From a virus (lineage: Duplodnaviria > Heunggongvirae > Uroviricota > Caudoviricetes): a stretch of 39,562 nucleotides of DNA. Location: the IMG/VR virus record IMGVR_UViG_2690316243_000006, one strand, 5' to 3'. The position numbers and the translations under genes were made by a program. Shown here piece by piece: positions 35,174-39,562 of the stretch. Position 1 is the first letter of the stretch, and every line of letters begins with the position of its first letter. Under the pieces are notes generated by a model. It ran no database searches. It worked only from the letters and a program-made list of their open reading frames with translations, and had not been told where the DNA came from.

Positions 35174-36102
35174 ACCTGTGAGAGTAATTCAGGGTTGGTA
35201 TAAACCTCTTTAAAGGCCGCATTAATATGTTTTTCTGTCAGCGCCGCGCCTTCACCGCTGGCGGTGAGCCACGCCTGGTTAAGCGTATGTGTCAGAACAC
35301 GTAATGCTCCCGGCTTTTCAGCGATAGCCTGCATGACGGCCAGCTCGGCCTCACCACTGATACCCCATGCCCTGGCAATGGCCAGCACATCCGCCTTTTT
35401 GGCCTTGCGAAGTTGTTTTGTACGGGCAAGACGGCTGAACAGGCGCGATAAATCATCAAAGGCGCGGCGTCCACCTTTAAACAATCCGCGCGGGTTACCA
35501 ATAAGCACCATCCCGATCCCCGTGGCGTCCTGAATTGCCCGGAGTTGCTCCAGACCGTCAATACCAAGATGATCCGCCTCATCCACAATCACCAGTCCAC
35601 GCGTTCCCGTCAGGCGACGGCGGATGGCGCGGGATAATGCCCCTTTGTTCGCGCGGGTGTAATCAATCCCCAGCGCATCGGCCAGCTCCAGCAGACACTC
35701 CGTGACGCTGGAGTGCGCGGGTGACAGGGTGATCATCCAGGTGTTTGGTTGCTCCTGGCAGTAATTACGGGCAGTGGCCGTTTTACCCACACCCGGTACG
35801 CCCACAATAACGTTAATACAGCCCATCAGGCGAACCGCCTGAAACAGTGCGCGCAGCTCCTGGACTGTCTGAGTTTCCACAAACTGCGGCGGTTCCGGCA
35901 GTGCGCTTTGTTTATTCCAGTTCTCATACCAGGAGCGCAGGGAAGCAGCCACAGCGGCGTTATCGCCTTTATATTTCCCCTTGCGGAAAGCCGATAATGT
36001 GCCGTCGGAAATTCCCGCCTCTCTGGCGATGGCATACTGCGTCAGCACGCCGCCATCAATAAGTTCATCAATGGTCTTGATTACATCGTTTATATCGGTC
36101 AT
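35170..36102 (-). CDS. B: MuB-like transposition target-DNA activator (AAA+ ATPase)
   Basis: 310 aa; Walker A GVPGVGKT and Walker B LVIVDEAD; directly downstream of the transposase gene. Confidence 0.85.
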   Translation of the reverse strand: MTDINDVIKTIDELIDGGVLTQYAIAREAGISDGTLSAFRKGKYKGDNAAVAASLRSWYENWNKQSALPEPPQFVETQTVQELRALFQAVRLMGCINVIVGVPGVGKTATARNYCQEQPNTWMITLSPAHSSVTECLLELADALGIDYTRANKGALSRAIRRRLTGTRGLVIVDEADHLGIDGLEQLRAIQDATGIGMVLIGNPRGLFKGGRRAFDDLSRLFSRLARTKQLRKAKKADVLAIARAWGISGEAELAVMQAIAEKPGALRVLTHTLNQAWLTASGEGAALTEKHINAAFKEVYTNPELLSQV

Positions 36103-36177
36103 ATTATTACCTCGCGTTTGTGTAGTTCCTTTGTTTAATCAAATAACCTGAGTCGCCGCTCGGGTTATTTTTTTATT

Positions 36178-38286
36178 TCAGGCCAGAGGGTCATTTTCTT
36201 TTAATTTCGCTTCGAGCAACTGCAATCCCCGCTGGAAATTACGCTCGTATTCTTCATCAGGCTCATCATCAACGGCAGGTTGCTGAACGGTCACCGTATT
36301 ACCCACAGGGCGGTATATGTTTTCCAGCCAGGGCTCCTGCGGCTTGTGCTCCAGCACGTTGACAACCTCATCCTCGGCATCACGGATTTTTTCCTCTGCG
36401 CGTTTACGCATACCTTTAAGGCGTTGCTGCTGTTTGTAGTATTCCGCGCTGACCGGGAAGGCTTCGCGTTTATTGCCGTCCCATACCGCCTCGCAAATCA
36501 CGCTGCCATCCGGGCGACGTACGGTAATTCGTTCGGCATCATGAATGTCATAGCTGATAAGCACCTTGCGGCCATGCTCATCACTCAGCTCGGGCGCGTA
36601 GTAAATATTATTCAGCCAGCGTATTTCACAGCGTCTTACAGGGCGTTCCACCATTGGCCGGAACATATCCCGCAGCTCAACATCGGACAGCCATTCAATT
36701 TCCGTGTCCTCTTCTGCCAGGCGTTTTTTTCTGAACTCCGCCGGGCTGTAATGCTTCCCGTTCGGCTTCATGGGTAATTCATCGTGCGGCCGGTTGTTGT
36801 ACCACTCAACGCCATCACGAATGGCATCAATCAGTTCAGACCAGGACGGTAAATCACGCATCGCTGACTGTTGCCGGGCGTTCAGCCGTTTGCCCTGTTG
36901 CAGGGCGGTAAATGCCGAGCGTAAATCGCGGTTGGTTTTGCGTAACGTCTCGCGATCTGCACCTTTCCCGAAATAGGTGCGGTATTTACGGGCTATACGC
37001 ATCGGTAACGTGCGGTTAAGCCGTTCGATAATGCCCCGTCCCTGCGGGTTACCGGCAATCCCGGTTGGGTGATTAATCCCCAGTCGCGGCAGGATCCCCA
37101 CAACTTCCTTATCCAGGATGTCGGCGGTTTCCCCGGAACCGTTATCCGAGTAATACAGAAACGGTTTGCCGTGATTACGAATACCGTACTGTATGGCACC
37201 GGCTACGGCGAAAACATTTTCAGCCAGGTCAAGGCTCCAGCCCACCACAAAGCGCGTGCCACCGTCGATAACAAAGGTCACTTCCGGTGCAAATGGCCGC
37301 CCGTGAACCGGGTGCCTGCATTTCAGCTTCATGCCGTGACCGTCACCAATCCAGACATAATTCACCGGCATTCTGGACCAGTCGCGGCGCGTGAATCCCT
37401 CAAGCTGGCGGTATTCACTGCCGGTCACCCGGCCTTTTTGTTTCACCACTTCCGGCAGTTTCTTCATTGCGCGGCGGATGGTGTCGTAAGACGGCATGAT
37501 ATCGAGCATATAAGGCTCATCAGCGTGCCGGTGCTGCCATTCAGCGACAAAATCCTCGTAAGCCTCGGTCATTGGTCGGCCGTTTGACTGGCGATACTGC
37601 GCCAGAAATTCGGGCAGCCAGTTAATATCTTCGGCTTTTATTTCCTGGCGCTTACCAGGTGCCAGCAAAAGCAGGCGTTCAGCGGCGTTCTGCGCCTTGT
37701 TAAAGGCTGCAATCCAGCGTTTCAGCGTGATTTCACTCAACGCACGGCTGTTTCCCTTTTTGGCGTTCGCCGTCTCAACCATTGCCACAATGCGCTCGTC
37801 CAGTTGCGAACGTGCCAGGTTGTCAACGATAAACCGGATAGCCTTCGCACAGCTGAAACCAGGTTGTTGCGCGACTTTCAGAACTTCGCTGACGATCGCG
37901 ATTCGTGCATCAGCCACCTGGCGCTGGTTTTCAGTCAGGGCATTGAGGCGTTCGAGCATCAGTTGTGGTGATCCGCGATATGCCTCCACCGCATCAACCA
38001 CGGCAGGTGAGCGCCTGGCCTTTGTCACTACCGGAGCCGGTGATTCATCGGCTTTTTGCGTCATCAGTTGCAGGGCATAGCGTTCGCGTACTGCCTGCTG
38101 AACAGTTAAAGGCAAAGCCCCTATTTCACACTCTAAAACTTTCCCTTTTACCCCTGGTTTTAGCCGCGTTTTCCACGCTTCCCTCTTTGCTTTTTTGTGC
38201 AGACCTGCCAAAGAACTAGGTAGGTCACTGAATGAAATCAATTCAGTCATTGCAACCCACATATTTCCTCCGCGCACGTCGTTCAT
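36178..38286 (-). CDS. A: MuA-like DDE transposase (start probably ATG at about 38250)
   Basis: 702 aa; N-terminal LPSSLAGLHKKAKREAW domain shared with the c-like repressor; follows ner. Confidence 0.85.
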   Translation of the reverse strand: MNDVRGGNMWVAMTELISFSDLPSSLAGLHKKAKREAWKTRLKPGVKGKVLECEIGALPLTVQQAVRERYALQLMTQKADESPAPVVTKARRSPAVVDAVEAYRGSPQLMLERLNALTENQRQVADARIAIVSEVLKVAQQPGFSCAKAIRFIVDNLARSQLDERIVAMVETANAKKGNSRALSEITLKRWIAAFNKAQNAAERLLLLAPGKRQEIKAEDINWLPEFLAQYRQSNGRPMTEAYEDFVAEWQHRHADEPYMLDIMPSYDTIRRAMKKLPEVVKQKGRVTGSEYRQLEGFTRRDWSRMPVNYVWIGDGHGMKLKCRHPVHGRPFAPEVTFVIDGGTRFVVGWSLDLAENVFAVAGAIQYGIRNHGKPFLYYSDNGSGETADILDKEVVGILPRLGINHPTGIAGNPQGRGIIERLNRTLPMRIARKYRTYFGKGADRETLRKTNRDLRSAFTALQQGKRLNARQQSAMRDLPSWSELIDAIRDGVEWYNNRPHDELPMKPNGKHYSPAEFRKKRLAEEDTEIEWLSDVELRDMFRPMVERPVRRCEIRWLNNIYYAPELSDEHGRKVLISYDIHDAERITVRRPDGSVICEAVWDGNKREAFPVSAEYYKQQQRLKGMRKRAEEKIRDAEDEVVNVLEHKPQEPWLENIYRPVGNTVTVQQPAVDDEPDEEYERNFQRGLQLLEAKLKENDPLA

Positions 38287-38488
38287 ATCTAGTAGGCCAA
38301 ATAACCTGTGGCTCTACACCTATAGCCCTAGCAATTATCTTTTCACCTTTAGGGTAGGGAACTCGCAAAGCATTACCCAAAGTCCTAGGCTGCAAATTAT
38401 TTTCCCTTGATAAACGTGACAAATTGGTATCGCGTTTTTCTAAGGCTGCCTTTATATCGGCGGAAGACCAATCTTCAATAAGACTCAC
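38243..38488 (-). CDS. ner: Ner-like DNA-binding regulator (GTG start, AGGGGG RBS)
   Basis: DWSSADIKAALEKR...LGNAL...YPKGEKIIARAIGVEPQVIWPTRY resembles Mu Ner. Confidence 0.8.
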   Translation of the reverse strand: MSLIEDWSSADIKAALEKRDTNLSRLSRENNLQPRTLGNALRVPYPKGEKIIARAIGVEPQVIWPTRYERRARRKYVGCND

Positions 38489-38704
38489 AATGGCCCCCTG
38501 TGTACTTTCTATGGCAAACTTTATTACTCATGTGTGCTACTCTATTGAGTTACTCACTAGTGTATGTTTGATATGTTAGATATTAACTTAGTAAATATCA
38601 ACTGGTTAATTTCAAATTTTTAAATTTGCTCTGTATCTATTTGTTTTTTATTGAGTTATTTTTGAAATAAACCACATAAAGATATAAACAAAAGTTAATA
38701 TCAA
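38489..38704. promoter_or_regulatory. Divergent early promoter / operator region between c and ner
   Basis: AT-rich 216-bp spacer between divergent genes with reiterated TTACTCA motifs; in Mu this spacer holds the operators, Pe, Pc and the transposition enhancer. Confidence 0.5.
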
Positions 38705-39223
38705 ATGGAGTTTGATATGATCCTTGACCAAGAATGGATCCTTGCCAGTGACTTGTTGGGGGTTGGAGGTCTTCCTTCATCTCTGGCTGGGCTTCATAAA
38801 CGAGCAAAAAATGAAGGATGGGAAAAACGTTCGGTAACTACACCTGGTATCAGAGGGAGAGCATTTGCCTACCGTTTAAGCGACTTACCTGCACATGTTG
38901 TTTCCATCATTACAGGTAGTGCAGAAATAAAACACCAGCCCCCTCAAAAGAACGGTGGCAATAGCGAGTTGCTCGAACTCATCGACACTTTGAGCCAAGA
39001 AGAGCAAGAATTAGTTATTTACACCTTGAGAAGGAAAGGGGTAGAAAAATTGCTGGAATTCTGCAATCAAGAGAATCAAGAGTTGATCGCTTTAACAGGT
39101 ATTCGACGCCTGGCAGCATTGAGCCTTAATAATTTATCAGATCAAAAGGTTAGAGAGATTTTCGAGGGAGATGAAACCAAGGATCATCATTTCAATTTAA
39201 CCCATAAAGAAGCCAAAGCGTAA
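38705..39223 (+). CDS. c: Mu c-like repressor
   Basis: 172 aa; N-terminal ...LPSSLAGLHKRAKNEGWEKR domain homologous to the transposase N-terminus; divergent from ner. Confidence 0.7.
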   Translation: MEFDMILDQEWILASDLLGVGGLPSSLAGLHKRAKNEGWEKRSVTTPGIRGRAFAYRLSDLPAHVVSIITGSAEIKHQPPQKNGGNSELLELIDTLSQEEQELVIYTLRRKGVEKLLEFCNQENQELIALTGIRRLAALSLNNLSDQKVREIFEGDETKDHHFNLTHKEAKA

Positions 39224-39354
39224 CCCCATGAAGCCCAGGCCATGCACTTAGCGAGCACTTTCAACTTGATTTGTGACCAGATCGATATTGATATAAACTT
39301 TTTAGCATAAAAGACATTTTAAGTACTTTTAAAAACGTCCATAAGCAGTATGTG

Positions 39355-39534
39355 CAGTATCAAATTTGTTGCCGATACCTTAATTTTATACCGGATTTTA
39401 TTTAATCAGTATCAAAACTAAACAACCTCCAGAATCATCGATCACCTGTTTTATTTCAGTATCTTACAGGTGATTTCACCTCCTTTCACTAAAACCCTTG
39501 TCGGTATCAAATGATTTACCTAGTTACATGTACA
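39355..39534. repeat. Phage left-end (attL-like) region with repeated putative transposase-binding motif
   Basis: CAGTATCAA at 39355-39363 and 39407-39415, CGGTATCAA at 39502-39510, inverted relative to TTGATACCG at the other end; phage ends ...TGTACA at 39534. Confidence 0.55.
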
Positions 39535-39542
39535 GCATCTGG
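39529..39542. repeat. Right copy of the 14-bp direct repeat TGTACAGCATCTGG; contains the inferred 5-bp duplication GCATC (39535-39539)
   Basis: Identical to 351-364. Confidence 0.7.
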
Positions 39543-39562
39543 TTTTTGTCGTTCTCCCCCAG
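39535..39562 (-). pseudogene. vgrG: Host vgrG-like gene, proximal fragment upstream of the insertion point (partial at window edge)
   Basis: Reverse complement reads LGENDKNQMLY, in frame with the fragment at 1-361. Confidence 0.45.

Larger units (their letters stand above)
362..39534. mobile_element. Mu-like transposable prophage, complete (phage left end at window right)
   Basis: Encodes MuA-like transposase, MuB-like AAA+ ATPase, Ner, c-like repressor, Gam, GemA, Mor/C, SAR-type lysozyme, Mu-order head and tail genes, Gin, Com and Mom; termini read 5'-TG...CA-3'; host vgrG frame is restored across the ends. Confidence 0.85.

Noticed and set aside
1-39562. CRISPR arrays, rRNA genes, integrase/att-type boundaries
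   Set aside because: No spaced direct-repeat array, no rRNA-like sequence and no tyrosine integrase; the element is bounded by transposase-type ends.

Overview
The window holds one complete Mu-like transposable prophage of about 39.2 kb (approx. 362..39534) inserted into a host vgrG-like gene, whose two fragments (1..361 and 39535..39562) rejoin in frame. The phage map runs right-to-left: c repressor, ner, MuA-like transposase and MuB-like ATPase are at the window's right end; a variable early region with Gam, GemA and a Mor/C activator follows; then the lysis cassette, head genes, tail genes, a Gin-invertible tail-fibre segment, and Com/Mom at the left end. Points worth a second look: (1) the tail sheath gene carries a single in-frame TAG codon, so the prophage is probably defective for tail assembly; (2) the invertible segment is a reduced G-like region with gix-like crossover sites, two alternative fibre C-termini but only one tail-fibre assembly gene; (3) about 3.4 kb of cargo sits between gin and com, including a 684-aa sialate O-acetylesterase-like protein and an AT-rich block of small ORFs with a possible small RNA; (4) the early region carries several uncharacterised ORFs, including an acidic protein, a 4xCxxC zinc ribbon and an AT-rich convergent gene pair. 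No CRISPR array, rRNA or confident tRNA gene was found, and I did not recognise a known defence system; a tRNA-like acceptor/T-arm structure lies in the F-G spacer. All assignments rest on reading the translations and Mu synteny by eye; no database search was run.
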